DNA of 64,000 nucleotides from an uncultured bacterium (GTDB lineage: Bacteria > Desulfobacterota_D > UBA1144 > Nemesobacterales > UBA2774). Within the stretch, counting starts at the first letter, position 1; each line of letters begins with the position of its first letter. The DNA lies in NCBI GenBank assembly GCA_963825135.1, contig CAWGRW010000009.1, positions 1,472,001 through 1,536,000 on the forward strand. The letters are read 5' to 3'. The notes under the pieces were generated by a model that was not told where the DNA came from, ran no database searches, and saw only the letters and a program-made list of their open reading frames with translations. A program made the translations under genes and the position numbers. Below are positions 1 through 10,472 of the stretch, in pieces.

Positions 1-2
1 CG

Positions 3-857
3 AAGCAGGAACCGCCGGTAGTCGAAAAGGAGGAGGTCAAAGCTCCCCCTCCGGAGCCTGAAAAGAAAGAGCCCCCCAAGGAACCCGAGAAGGAAGAGCC
101 CAAAGAGGAGCCTAAGGAAGAAAAACCCAAAGAGGTGGTAAAAGAGGAGCCCGAGAAAAAAGAAGTCATACCTCTTGAGACGGAGAAAAAAAAGGAAGTA
201 AAGAAAGAAGAGCCCAAGAAGACGGAGCCTCCCAAGGAAGTGAAAAAGGAGGTAGCCGAGAAGCCCAAGCCGACGGAAAAACCCAAGGCGGAGCCCAAGA
301 AAACGACCGCGAGCAGCAAAAAGAATCTGGAGAGCGAGAAGAACAAGGTCCTTCAGGACATCAAGAGACAGAGAGTCCTGGAGGAGTTAAAGGGCGGGTC
401 CGAGGAGAGCGCAAAGCCCGAGGAGGAGATGGGTGAGGAGCAGAAACTCGCGATGTCCGATTCCGGGGAGACGCCCGGGAAATCGGAGCCGGGTCCCGGC
501 GATTCGTCCGAGGGGTCTTCTAAAAGTATGGAGGGCTCCGGCAGCGGCTCGTCCCTGAACCCCGTCTTGTTGCAGCTCTATACCGATAAAGTCCACCAGA
601 GGATAAGCAGGAACTGGAGGATTCCGCCGGGGGTGCCTACGGACGGCAATATGCAGGCGGTAGTATTTTTTAAGGTCGACCAGAGCGGAAAGGTGTTCGA
701 TGTCAGGGTGAACGAGTCTTCGGGGAACGCCGCGTTCGACGAGTACTGTGTCAGCGCTGTACGCAAATCCGCCCCCCTGCCCCCCCCGCCTTCGGAATTC
801 GCTGAAGAGGCGAAGACGAGCGGAGTGCTCGTCCCGTTTAAGAACAAGACCTACTGA
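3..857 (+). CDS. tolA: TolA/TonB-family protein, 5'-truncated by window edge (K/E/P-rich linker + C-terminal TonB_2/TolA domain III)
   Basis: Frame is open from base 3 (KQEPPVVEKEEVKAPPPEPEKK...). Long K/E/P-rich spacer, then YTDKVHQRISRNWRIP...SSGNAAFDEYCVSAVRKSAPLPPPP, typical of the TolA/TonB C-domain. TolA vs TonB is not resolved. Confidence 0.7.
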   Translation, partial: KQEPPVVEKEEVKAPPPEPEKKEPPKEPEKEEPKEEPKEEKPKEVVKEEPEKKEVIPLETEKKKEVKKEEPKKTEPPKEVKKEVAEKPKPTEKPKAEPKKTTASSKKNLESEKNKVLQDIKRQRVLEELKGGSEESAKPEEEMGEEQKLAMSDSGETPGKSEPGPGDSSEGSSKSMEGSGSGSSLNPVLLQLYTDKVHQRISRNWRIPPGVPTDGNMQAVVFFKVDQSGKVFDVRVNESSGNAAFDEYCVSAVRKSAPLPPPPSEFAEEAKTSGVLVPFKNKTY

Positions 858-919
858 CGGACGGTAATATCACTGCCGCCGCATTATTAGCGCTTAAATT
901 TATTTATCGGAGTCCGATA

Positions 920-1546
920 TTGAACCTTATCCTCATACGTCACGGTGAAACGGAATGGAACAGGACCGGCAGGTGTCAGGGCGTTGCGGATATAGACCTC
1001 AACGACACCGGGAGGAGACAGGTTGGGGAGCTCGCGCATTCGTTAAAAGACGCCGATATCAGAGCCGTGTATTCGAGCGACCTCCTGAGGGCGCTCCGCA
1101 CGGCGAGGCAGATTGCGTCCCATCACGACCTCGATGTCAATATAGACAAGGACCTGAGGGAAATGGACCAGGGGGACCTCGAAGGACTCCTCTTCGAAGA
1201 CATAAGGGACAGGTACTCGGACGTCATGAAGGAATGGAGAGAGAGCCCGGAGACCCTCAGGCTTCCCGGCGGGGAATCGCTCTCGCAGGTCCAGGATAGG
1301 GCATGGAGCGTATTCGAAAAGATTAACAGGCTCCACGCGGGCGAGACCGTGGTAGCGGTCAGCCATAACCTCACGATCACGGCCCTGCTCTGCAAGATTA
1401 CCGGGGTCGGTCTCAGGGGCTTCCGCAATTTCAACCTCCGCGCCGCATCGAAGAATATAATCGTTTCCGTAAACGGAAACATAGAGGTAAGGCTCCTTAA
1501 CGATGTCTCCCATCTCTCACCGAATGATTCGCTTCCCGAATTCTGA
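920..1546 (+). CDS. Histidine phosphatase family protein (GpmB/CobC-like)
   Basis: N-terminal LIRHGETEWN (RHG motif), SSDLLRA, GGESL, VSH; TTG start. Confidence 0.9.
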   Translation: MNLILIRHGETEWNRTGRCQGVADIDLNDTGRRQVGELAHSLKDADIRAVYSSDLLRALRTARQIASHHDLDVNIDKDLREMDQGDLEGLLFEDIRDRYSDVMKEWRESPETLRLPGGESLSQVQDRAWSVFEKINRLHAGETVVAVSHNLTITALLCKITGVGLRGFRNFNLRAASKNIIVSVNGNIEVRLLNDVSHLSPNDSLPEF

Positions 1547-1636
1547 TAGCTCGACAGCCCGCTTAGAAAGGGTTTTCATACGAGCGGGTTTTCTTGTAAC
1601 TCCCGGCAATATGTGGTGTAATTTCCCGATAGCGAT

Positions 1637-3307
1637 ATGAAAGAAGATATAGAGAGAGTCGTTTTACAGTCGGTTGCGAGCATAGGCAAGAAAATCAACC
1701 TGACCGACCTTCGTGTCGAGATAGAGGTCGGCATTCCGAAACGGAAGGAATTCGGCGATTTTTCGGTAAATACGGCCATGGTCCTCGCCAAAAAAATGGG
1801 CAAGAACCCGCGGCAGGTCGCGGAGCTCATAATCGAGAACCTCCCCGGCGAGAAAGACACTCTGTTTAAAAAGGTCGAGATCGCGGGCGCGGGCTTCATC
1901 AATTTCTTTGTAAGGGAAGAAGCAATTGTAGGCAAGCTCGGAGAGATAACGAGGCTCGGAGAAAAATTCGGCACGTCCGCCCTCGGAAACGGCCGGAGCG
2001 TGCTCGTGGAATTCGTCAGCGCCAACCCCACCGGCCATCTCCACATGGGACACGCGAGGAACGCCGTCGTCGGGGATACGGTATCGAATATCCTCACGGC
2101 GTCGGGTTACAAGGTCACGAGGGAGTTCTATATCAACGACGCCGGTCGGCAGATGGAGCTTCTGGGTGAATCCGTGTTTGCCAGATACCGTGAGCTCTTC
2201 GGCGAGGCTGCGGACATACCCGAAGACGGGTACAGGGGTGAATACGTAACGGAAATCGCTTCCGAAATAAAGGAGCTCAAGGGCGATTCCCTCTTGAATG
2301 CTCAGCTCTCCGAGGCCCTCGCGTTCTCCGGGGAATACGCGCGTGAAAAATTATTGGGCCTGATCAGAAAAGACCTCGAAGACATTGGCGTACATTTCGA
2401 TGTGTGGTACGGCGAAAAGGAGAATATCCGCGGGTTCGGCGTCGTCCCGGGAAAGCTCGGCGAAATCAGAAAGCGTCTCGCTGATAAGGGCGCGCTCGAG
2501 GAGAAGGAAGGCGCCCTCTGGTTCGCCGCCGCCAGGTACGGGGATACGCAGGACTGGGTGCTCGTGAAGAGCGACGGAAGCCCTACCTACTTCCTGGCCG
2601 ACATCGCGTATCATGCCGACAAGCTGGAGCGGGGCTTCGAAAGTCTCGTGAATGTCTGGGGGGCGGACCACCACGGCCATGTGTCCAGGCTGAAAGCCGC
2701 GCTCAGGGCCCTCGGGTTCGACGACAAGAGGCTCAATGTTGTGCTCATACAGTTTGTCCGACTCATGCGGAACGGGGAAGAGGTGTCTATGTCGAAGAGG
2801 TCGGGCAGCTATGTCACAATGCGTGATGTGGTGAATGAAGTCGGGGCGGACGTGATGCGCTTTTTCCTCCTCATGCGGAGCTCCGAAAGTCATCTCGATT
2901 TCGACCTCGATCTGGCCAGGAAGGAATCGAGCGAGAACCCCGTATATTATATCCAGTACGCCTACGCGCGTATAAAGAGCGTGTTCAGAAAGGCCGGGGA
3001 AGAGGGCGTTAAGGAATCGGACTCCTCGCTCAACCTGCTTTCGCAGCCCGAAGAGATGGACTTGGTCAAAAAACTGCTGATGTATCCGGATATGGTCTTT
3101 GACGCGGCAGAGTCGCTTGCCCCTCACAAGATCGCCTACTTCCTCCAGGAAGTGGCGTCCGACTTCCATGCCTACTATAATAAATGCAGGATCGTAGACA
3201 ACGACCGCGCCATGAGCGGAGCCAGACTTTACCTCGTGAGGTGCGTGCAAACCGTCCTCAGCAACGGGCTTAAGCTGCTCGGCATATCGGCGCCCGAGAG
3301 GATGTGA
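1637..3307 (+). CDS. argS: Arginine--tRNA ligase
   Basis: VEFVSANPTGHLHMGH (HIGH-like), WGADHHG, SMSKR (KMSKS-like), NPVYYIQYAYAR, C-terminal GISAPERM. Confidence 0.98.
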   Translation: MKEDIERVVLQSVASIGKKINLTDLRVEIEVGIPKRKEFGDFSVNTAMVLAKKMGKNPRQVAELIIENLPGEKDTLFKKVEIAGAGFINFFVREEAIVGKLGEITRLGEKFGTSALGNGRSVLVEFVSANPTGHLHMGHARNAVVGDTVSNILTASGYKVTREFYINDAGRQMELLGESVFARYRELFGEAADIPEDGYRGEYVTEIASEIKELKGDSLLNAQLSEALAFSGEYAREKLLGLIRKDLEDIGVHFDVWYGEKENIRGFGVVPGKLGEIRKRLADKGALEEKEGALWFAAARYGDTQDWVLVKSDGSPTYFLADIAYHADKLERGFESLVNVWGADHHGHVSRLKAALRALGFDDKRLNVVLIQFVRLMRNGEEVSMSKRSGSYVTMRDVVNEVGADVMRFFLLMRSSESHLDFDLDLARKESSENPVYYIQYAYARIKSVFRKAGEEGVKESDSSLNLLSQPEEMDLVKKLLMYPDMVFDAAESLAPHKIAYFLQEVASDFHAYYNKCRIVDNDRAMSGARLYLVRCVQTVLSNGLKLLGISAPERM

Positions 3308-3310
3308 TCG

Positions 3311-4060
3311 ATGAGCAGGGATAATTCCCCGAGTGGCAGCCGCATACTTTCGTTCCTGTTCGCTTTTACCGTGCTCTTTATATTCGTGTTCGGTCTCGGC
3401 GTATTCGTCGGCAAAAAACTCGGCCGGCAGGAGTTAAGAATAACCAGGGAATTCAACGAAGCCCCACCCGAGCCGTCTATAGCCCCGGTCGAAGAGTCTC
3501 CGGGGACCGGCGTTGAGCAAATAACTGAGAGCCCTCCTCCCGGCGTCGAAGAAAGCATCATAGAGAGCCCCGCCCCTCCGTCTGTTGAGGATGAAAAGAA
3601 GGTCGTCGAGAACGAAGCAGCCGTCGATAAAGAGGCAGAGAAGGCGAAGGCCCCGGAAAGCACACCCGCCCCCGCTCAGGTCAAGCCCGACGAGCGGCTG
3701 GCCGAGATTACCCGCGAGATAGAACGGGATCTCGATAAAAACCGGGCAGAGGAAAAGAAAAAGACAGAAACGGAAACTCAAACGGCTAAAACCACTTTAC
3801 CACGGGTGGATCCCGACGGGATCTACACCGTCCAGATAGGATCGTTTCAGGATCAGAAGCAGGCGAACAGCCTAGCGAGCGCGCTTCAGTCGAAGGGATA
3901 CCCGGTGTTTATAAAGTCCATGACTGCGCCTGATAATAAGAACTGGTACAGGGTCAGGGTAGGGACTTTCAGCAGCATAGAATCGGCAAAAGCCTACGGA
4001 GAATCGCTTAAGGATATAGAGCCGAGCGTGAAATTGATTTTTATAACTGTAAATAATTAA
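3311..4060 (+). CDS. Membrane-anchored SPOR domain protein (FtsN/DedD-like)
   Basis: N-terminal TM helix, P/E-rich linker, C-terminal YTVQIGSF...WYRVRVGTF SPOR domain; starts 3 nt after argS, a common arrangement. Confidence 0.88.
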   Translation: MSRDNSPSGSRILSFLFAFTVLFIFVFGLGVFVGKKLGRQELRITREFNEAPPEPSIAPVEESPGTGVEQITESPPPGVEESIIESPAPPSVEDEKKVVENEAAVDKEAEKAKAPESTPAPAQVKPDERLAEITREIERDLDKNRAEEKKKTETETQTAKTTLPRVDPDGIYTVQIGSFQDQKQANSLASALQSKGYPVFIKSMTAPDNKNWYRVRVGTFSSIESAKAYGESLKDIEPSVKLIFITVNN

Positions 4061-4099
4061 CGCCGCTGCGGATAAACCCGCGCCCGGAAAAAGGTCACG

Positions 4100-5653
4100 A
4101 TGACGGGAAACACAATCATTCGGTTCATAACTCTTTCCGCTCTTCTGCTCGTATATCTTGCCCTTGTCCATTCTGCCCCGTCACTATCCAAAGATACCGA
4201 TAATGGCGTACTTGTGGTCGAACTCAAAACGAAGTCCGGGCTCGTAAAGGTCTTTTTACCGGACGATATATCCGCGGGCGACACCGTTTCGGCATCCATA
4301 GCGCTTTTTCCCGGGGGAGTCACCCGGGAGGCCATGGACCGGAACCTCGGGATACTCGGCGGCTACACTATCGAAACTAGCTTTTTCAGTGTCCCGGCAA
4401 GTCAAAAATCCATAAAAATCACTGTTCCTAGGAATTCGGCCGGGACCGCGATGAAATTCTCTCTCAGAGACGGGTCGATGAAGGTCCTCGACAGCGCCTC
4501 CGTGCCTATCAAGCGTTCGTCTTCCGTGCGGGGCGGCCCGGAGACCCCCACCCCGTATGATTACCAGTGCCCTCTCGTGGGTCAGGCCGGAAGGATAGTT
4601 GAAATAAAAGGTCCCTTCGACGGGGATTTCGCGACGACCGACTTTAGGATCGGCAGTAAAAATGCGCATGTCCTCGCCGAGTCTCCGAGGAAGCTGGTTT
4701 TTCAAAGCCCTGCCGACATAGTGGGTTCGGTTGAAGTGGTGCTGGTCGAGCAGGGAGTGGTCGTCAAAAGGCCGTTCACCTGCCTGCAGGTCCTTAAAAT
4801 AGGCGAGGGGGACGCCGTACGTGTCGTCGGTTCCGCCGGGACGGAGCCTTCCGGGAATAATACCGCCCCGGAAAATGAAAAACAGAGGGACGAAGCGGGA
4901 GTGAAGGGGAGGGAGCTCCCGGCGGCCACGCAGACAATCGAGTTCAGGAGCATTAAGGCTGATGAGACCCTGCCTCCGGTTGAGCCTGCGGCGGAGACGC
5001 CCGCAGCGACATCGGTTCCCGGCGGCAGCAATGAGGAGATACGGGCAATATTGGCGAGCCAGATGGAATCACCGGTCTCGGGGGAGATTCCGGTTAACGG
5101 AAGTAATCCGGCGCCCGCGGCCGAGCCGCCTGCGGCGAAGGAAGAAAATATCAAGGCTCCGGGAGCCGATGAAAGCGCGGAGGAGACCTTGACTGAATCG
5201 GAGCTGGAAATCGCTCCTGAAAAGGTGTCCCGAGAGACCACTCTTCCTGCTTCCGATAATACCGCTGCCGCTAGCGTTACAGCAGTTTCCAATGCCGGGG
5301 TTATTGAAGCACAACTTCTGGCCTCATTCTCCGGAGACCCTTCGAGCGAAGTGGTTTCGGATGCCGTCAAGGACTCCGGGACCAAGACCGTGACCCGTAC
5401 GAAGACCGGGGGGATGTTCACCTTGCAGGTAGCGTCCTACAGAGAGAAGGGGGAAGCCGATGCGTTGGCGGACAGACTCTCTCAAAAGGGGTACGGGGCT
5501 TTCGTGGTCCCCGCGGATGTGCCGGGTAAAGGAAAATGGTTCAGGGTAAGGGTAGGCGAATTCCGCACGAAGAGGGAGGCCGGTACATTCGGTGAAGACC
5601 TGAAAAGAAAAGAGCGTTATATCAAGTCCGTTTACGTTACGGAGAGTGATTGA
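4100..5653 (+). CDS. Secreted protein: unrecognised beta-rich N-terminal domains + low-complexity linker + C-terminal SPOR domain
   Basis: Signal peptide-like N-terminus; C-terminal FTLQVASY...GKWFRVRVGEF SPOR motif. Confidence 0.82.
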   Translation: MTGNTIIRFITLSALLLVYLALVHSAPSLSKDTDNGVLVVELKTKSGLVKVFLPDDISAGDTVSASIALFPGGVTREAMDRNLGILGGYTIETSFFSVPASQKSIKITVPRNSAGTAMKFSLRDGSMKVLDSASVPIKRSSSVRGGPETPTPYDYQCPLVGQAGRIVEIKGPFDGDFATTDFRIGSKNAHVLAESPRKLVFQSPADIVGSVEVVLVEQGVVVKRPFTCLQVLKIGEGDAVRVVGSAGTEPSGNNTAPENEKQRDEAGVKGRELPAATQTIEFRSIKADETLPPVEPAAETPAATSVPGGSNEEIRAILASQMESPVSGEIPVNGSNPAPAAEPPAAKEENIKAPGADESAEETLTESELEIAPEKVSRETTLPASDNTAAASVTAVSNAGVIEAQLLASFSGDPSSEVVSDAVKDSGTKTVTRTKTGGMFTLQVASYREKGEADALADRLSQKGYGAFVVPADVPGKGKWFRVRVGEFRTKREAGTFGEDLKRKERYIKSVYVTESD

Positions 5654-5779
5654 ATCCGTTTTATAAACGCTTAACCCGGCTATTTCAATACAAGCTCGGG
5701 TCCGTCTTGCCTGAAAATGCCAAAACGGATATTGTTATTCCCCAAGAGGGCGTATCATTCCTGGAACGGACAAAATAAT

Positions 5780-6502
5780 ATGACACATCCGGAAGAGATT
5801 ACGGAAAGGTCTAAAAACAAGAAAAGGCCTGAGTCCACCATGCTGGTCGGAAGCGGCATAAAGACATGGTGGCTGCTGCTCATGCTGCCCATCGAGGATT
5901 ATCTTCTGAAGATCAGGGTCCATCCCAATATCCTTACCGTTTCCACGCTCGTCGTTGCGGTTATTACGGGGCTGTTCTATCACTTCGGATGGATTTTTGC
6001 GGGCGGTGTGCTGGTGCTGGCAGGCTCGACGTTCGATATTTTTGACGGGCGCGTCGCGAGGGCTCAGGGGCTCAGCAGCGAGCACGGGGCCTTCTTCGAT
6101 TCGTGTCTCGACAGGTTTTCGGAGGCCTTCATCTACCTGGGCCTGCTCAGTCTCTATCGGGATACGATATTTTCCTACGTGGTCTTTCTCATCCTCGTTT
6201 CTACCACCATGGTCAGTTATACGCGGGCGCGGGCGGAGGGGCTGGGAGTGAAGTGTGAAGTGGGCGTTATGCAGAGGGCCGAAAGGGTCGTATACCTTGG
6301 GGTGCTTTCGGTTTTTAACTTTCTTGGAAATATCGTCTCGGGCGCCCTCGGCCTGGGGTCAGGCGACTATCTGCTCAAGCTGTCGCTATTATTAATGCTC
6401 GTATTCTCTTCCTATACCGCGCTCCAGCGCATGTTCCATGTGATGACCGAGCTCAGGAATAGGGAAGAGAAAAAGAAAATCGAGGCTGAAACAATTCCTT
6501 AA
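5780..6502 (+). CDS. CDP-alcohol phosphatidyltransferase, phosphatidylinositol-phosphate synthase-like
   Basis: DIFDGRVARAQ...GAFFDSCLDRFSE family motif and VSYTRARAEGLG...MQRAER segment. Start set at ATG 5780; ORF track start is 5717. Confidence 0.85.
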   Translation: MTHPEEITERSKNKKRPESTMLVGSGIKTWWLLLMLPIEDYLLKIRVHPNILTVSTLVVAVITGLFYHFGWIFAGGVLVLAGSTFDIFDGRVARAQGLSSEHGAFFDSCLDRFSEAFIYLGLLSLYRDTIFSYVVFLILVSTTMVSYTRARAEGLGVKCEVGVMQRAERVVYLGVLSVFNFLGNIVSGALGLGSGDYLLKLSLLLMLVFSSYTALQRMFHVMTELRNREEKKKIEAETIP

Positions 6503-6562
6503 CCCCCTGATTTGAAAGGGGTTTCGTTTGCCGCTTCTCCCCTTAGAAAGCATGAATCCCAT

Positions 6563-6591
6563 TTGCTAGAATAAAAATTCACAGGTATAAA
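6563..6591 (+). promoter_or_regulatory. Putative sigma70 promoter of carB
   Basis: TTGCTA-N17-TATAAA, about 95 nt upstream of the carB ATG. Confidence 0.5.
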
Positions 6592-6684
6592 TCAAGTGCT
6601 TCGAAACCGGGGGCCCCGGCGTTTTTAAGTGCCTCCGGATATTCTCGTTTAATCATATATTGATTCTTATTCCGCGTTACTAAG

Positions 6685-9600
6685 ATGCCTAAGCGTAAAG
6701 ATATTAGAACCATACTGCTCATAGGGTCGGGTCCGATAGTCATAGGGCAGGCCTGCGAGTTCGACTATTCCGGCACACAGGCGTGTAAAGCTCTCAAGGA
6801 AGAGGGCTTCAGGATAGTGCTCGTAAACTCGAACCCCGCTACCATCATGACCGATCCCACGTTCGCGGACAGGACATACATAGAGCCCCTCGTACCGGGG
6901 ATCGTGGAAAAGATAATAGAGAAAGAAAGGCCTGACGCCCTGCTCCCGACGCTCGGGGGACAGACGGCGCTCAATATCGCTGTCGATCTCGCGGAGTCGG
7001 GCGTGCTCGAAAAATACGGAGTGGAGCTCATCGGAGCCAAGCTGCACGCGATCAAAAAGGCCGAGAACAGGGAGCTCTTCAAGCAGGCCATGCTGAAGAT
7101 AGGCCTTGAAGTCCCCAGGAGCGGCGTCGCGCATTCGATGACGGATGCCTGGGAGGTCATCGAAGAGCTCGGGTTTCCTGTGATAATACGCCCCTCTTTC
7201 ACGCTCGGGGGCTCAGGCGGCAGCGTCGCGTATAACAAAGAAGAGTTCCAGGAATTTGCAAAGTCGGGACTGGATCTCAGTCCCATAAGCGAAATTCTGA
7301 TCGAGGAATCGGTCCTCGGGTGGAAGGAATACGAGCTCGAAGTGATGCGCGACGGCATGGACAACGTCGTGATTATATGCTCGATAGAGAACTTCGACCC
7401 CATGGGGGTCCATACGGGGGACAGCATTACAGTCGCCCCGGCCCAGACGTTAAGCGATAAGGAATATCAGAAGATGCGAGACGCGTCAATCGCCATCATA
7501 AGGGAGATAGGCGTCGATACAGGGGGGTCAAACATTCAGTTCGGGCTCAACCCGGACGACGGGCGCATGGTGGTCATTGAGATGAACCCCAGGGTGTCCA
7601 GGAGCTCCGCCCTCGCGTCCAAAGCCACGGGTTTCCCCATTGCGAAGATCGCGGCGAAGCTCGCTGTCGGTTACACGCTCGATGAGATTTCGAACGACAT
7701 CACGCGCTATACCCCCGCGTCCTTCGAGCCCTCGATAGATTACGTCGTCGTCAAGATACCCAGGTTCACGTTCGAAAAGTTTCCGCAGACGGATTCCTCG
7801 CTGACGACGCAGATGAAATCCGTGGGAGAGGTAATGGCGATAGGCAGGACGTTCAAGGAATCGCTCCACAAGGCCATCAGGTCTCTCGAGATAGACTCCG
7901 CGGGGTTCGAGTCGAGATCGGTCGATACCGGGATTATCAGGGAAAAATTAAGGACGCCCAATTCCGACAGGCTCTGGTACATCGCAGACGCCCTCAGGTG
8001 CGGGATGGATATAGAAGAAATTTTCGGTCTTACGTATATAGACAGGTGGTTTCTCAGGAATATCGAGCAGATAGTTCAAATGGAGGGCAAGCTCAGGTCC
8101 TCCAGGGGGAAGATGAACGGGAACCTACTGAGGAATGCCAAGGAGTACGGGTTTTCGGATATAAGGCTCGCCGAGCTTACCGGGAAGTCGCAGGACGATA
8201 TCAGAAAATCCAGACTAAAGAATAAAATCACTTCCGTATATAAGATGGTCGACACATGCGCCGCAGAGTTCGAGGCCTACACCCCTTATCTTTATTCGAC
8301 TTACGAACGGGAGGACGAGGCCCCGCCGACCGGTAAAACCAAAGTCGTGATACTGGGAGGCGGCCCTAACAGGATCGGGCAGGGCATAGAGTTCGATTAC
8401 TGCTGCGTCCATGCCTCGTTCTCCCTTAGGGAAGAGGGTTACGAAGCGATAATGGTGAACTGCAACCCCGAGACCGTGAGCACCGATTACGACACCTCTG
8501 ACAGGCTCTATTTCGAGCCCCTCACGCTCGAGGATACCCTGGCCATAGTCGGGAGGGAAAATCCCGACGGGGTGATCGTGCAGCTGGGCGGCCAGACCCC
8601 CCTTAAGCTCGCAATCCCGCTTGAGGAGCGGGGCGTCAAAATAATCGGCACATCGCCCGACAGCATCGACCTCGCGGAGGACAGGGAGAGGTTCAGGGAC
8701 CTGGTTCACGCACTCGGTCTCAGGCAGCCCGAGAGCGGGATCGCCAGGAGTCAGGACGAGGCGCTCAGGATTGCCGGTACGATCGGATATCCGATAGTAG
8801 TCAGGCCCTCCTACGTCCTCGGCGGCCGCGCCATGGAGATCGTCTATACGGAGGAATCACTCAGGCGATACATAAGAGAGGCCGTAAGGGTATCCCCAAA
8901 CCGCCCTGTGCTGATAGACAAGTTCTTAAACGACGCGAAGGAAGTCGATGTCGACGCGTTGTCGGACGGCGAAACGGTAGTCATCGGCGGGGTGCTGGAG
9001 CACATCGAAGAAGCTGGCGTCCACTCCGGGGACAGCGCCATGGTACTTCCGCCGTTCTCGATCGACGCCCGGGTAATAAAGGAAATAAAGCGTCAGACAA
9101 GGGAGCTCTCGCTCGCGCTTAACGTTAAGGGGCTCGTAAACATTCAATTCGCGGTAAAGGACAATGTCGTTTACATACTCGAAGTGAACCCCCGCGCGAG
9201 CAGGACGGTGCCGTTCGTCAGTAAAGCCATAGGAGTCCCGCTTGCCAAGATCGGCACGAAAATCATGATCGGGAAGACCCTCAACGAGCTCGGCTTTACG
9301 AAGGAGATAGTCCCCGCGCATTACTGCGTAAAGGAATCCGTTTTCCCTTTCATAAAGTTTCAGGGCGTGGATACGATCCTCGGTCCCGAGATGAAATCGA
9401 CGGGCGAGGTCATGGGCATCGATAACGAAATCAGCATGGCGTTCGCGAAAGCCCAGATGGCCGCCGGCAACGACCTCCCACTTTCCGGCACCGCGTTCAT
9501 AAGCGTGAAGGACGACGATAAACCCAGGCTCTCCGAGTTCACTGGGGACCTCGCGGGGCTCGGTTTTAGCATTATGGCGACGAAGGGCACCGCGGCTTAT

Positions 9601-9876
9601 CTCGAAAGTATCGGCATACATTGTTCTGTCGTGAAGAAGGTAAAGGAGGGGCGTCCGCACGTAGTCGATCACATAAAAAACGGGGGGGTTCAGCTCGTCG
9701 TAAATACTACGTTCGGGGAAAAAGAGGTGGAGCAGTCATACTCGATAAGAAGGGCTGCTCTCGTTCACAGGGTGCCGTATTTTACCACGATTTCCGGCGC
9801 CAAGGCCGCCGTGGGAGCGATCGGGGCGCTGATTAAGAGGGGGCTCGACGTAAAGGCTATTCAGGACTATTATTAA
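6685..9876 (+). CDS. carB: Carbamoyl-phosphate synthase large subunit
   Basis: MPKRKDI...[20 protein letters not shown], two ATP-grasp halves, C-terminal MGS-like domain; 1063 aa. Confidence 0.99.
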   Translation: MPKRKDIRTILLIGSGPIVIGQACEFDYSGTQACKALKEEGFRIVLVNSNPATIMTDPTFADRTYIEPLVPGIVEKIIEKERPDALLPTLGGQTALNIAVDLAESGVLEKYGVELIGAKLHAIKKAENRELFKQAMLKIGLEVPRSGVAHSMTDAWEVIEELGFPVIIRPSFTLGGSGGSVAYNKEEFQEFAKSGLDLSPISEILIEESVLGWKEYELEVMRDGMDNVVIICSIENFDPMGVHTGDSITVAPAQTLSDKEYQKMRDASIAIIREIGVDTGGSNIQFGLNPDDGRMVVIEMNPRVSRSSALASKATGFPIAKIAAKLAVGYTLDEISNDITRYTPASFEPSIDYVVVKIPRFTFEKFPQTDSSLTTQMKSVGEVMAIGRTFKESLHKAIRSLEIDSAGFESRSVDTGIIREKLRTPNSDRLWYIADALRCGMDIEEIFGLTYIDRWFLRNIEQIVQMEGKLRSSRGKMNGNLLRNAKEYGFSDIRLAELTGKSQDDIRKSRLKNKITSVYKMVDTCAAEFEAYTPYLYSTYEREDEAPPTGKTKVVILGGGPNRIGQGIEFDYCCVHASFSLREEGYEAIMVNCNPETVSTDYDTSDRLYFEPLTLEDTLAIVGRENPDGVIVQLGGQTPLKLAIPLEERGVKIIGTSPDSIDLAEDRERFRDLVHALGLRQPESGIARSQDEALRIAGTIGYPIVVRPSYVLGGRAMEIVYTEESLRRYIREAVRVSPNRPVLIDKFLNDAKEVDVDALSDGETVVIGGVLEHIEEAGVHSGDSAMVLPPFSIDARVIKEIKRQTRELSLALNVKGLVNIQFAVKDNVVYILEVNPRASRTVPFVSKAIGVPLAKIGTKIMIGKTLNELGFTKEIVPAHYCVKESVFPFIKFQGVDTILGPEMKSTGEVMGIDNEISMAFAKAQMAAGNDLPLSGTAFISVKDDDKPRLSEFTGDLAGLGFSIMATKGTAAYLESIGIHCSVVKKVKEGRPHVVDHIKNGGVQLVVNTTFGEKEVEQSYSIRRAALVHRVPYFTTISGAKAAVGAIGALIKRGLDVKAIQDYY

Positions 9877-9979
9877 GTGTTGTATAATACATACCATGTT
9901 CCGCTTTTCTAAAATTGATTTAATCCGCTTAATACGGTTTCCGTTTCCGCTCTCTTAGCAGCTCCAGGAGGATTTTAAT

Positions 9980-10456
9980 ATGACAGTAGAAAGAGTGCCG
10001 ATGACCCCCAATGGATATAAAAAGATGCAGGAGGAGCTCCGCAGGCTGAAGACCGTGGAAAGACAGGCGGTGATAAAGCTTATCGAGTTCGCGAGGTCTC
10101 TTGGGGACCTTTCGGAGAATGCCGAGTATGAAACGGCGAAGCAAAGACAATCCTTCGTGGAAGGGAGAATTCAGGAGCTCGAGAGCAGGATCAGCAGGGC
10201 GGAGGTTATCGACCCCGCTGAGTTAAGGGATAAAGACAGGGTAACGTTCGGGGTCAGGGTCAGGCTTGAGAACGTCGATACGGGGGAAACTGTCAGCTAT
10301 CAGCTCGTCGGACCCGATGAATCCGACCCTGAAGGCGGTCTCATCTCGATTTCCTCGCCCATCGGGAAGGCGCTAATAGGAAAGCGGGTTGATGACGAGG
10401 TTCAGGTTCAAGCGCCGGGCGGCGTAAGGGAGTTCGTCGTTCTTGAGATCACCTGA
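9980..10456 (+). CDS. greA: Transcription elongation factor GreA
   Basis: GDLSENAEY motif, ISISSPIGKALIGK; carB-greA order; SD AGGAGG upstream. Confidence 0.97.
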   Translation: MTVERVPMTPNGYKKMQEELRRLKTVERQAVIKLIEFARSLGDLSENAEYETAKQRQSFVEGRIQELESRISRAEVIDPAELRDKDRVTFGVRVRLENVDTGETVSYQLVGPDESDPEGGLISISSPIGKALIGKRVDDEVQVQAPGGVREFVVLEIT

Positions 10457-10472
10457 CCGTCGGTAAACGACA

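Noticed and set aside
772..790. Poly-C tract as a phase-variation site in tolA
   Set aside because: In frame and encodes the conserved PLPPPP motif of the TolA/TonB C-domain.
920..1546. Metal-independent phosphoserine phosphatase (PspA) or CobC assignment
   Set aside because: EMDQG lacks the His I associate with PspA specificity and no cobalamin genes are nearby; left at family level.
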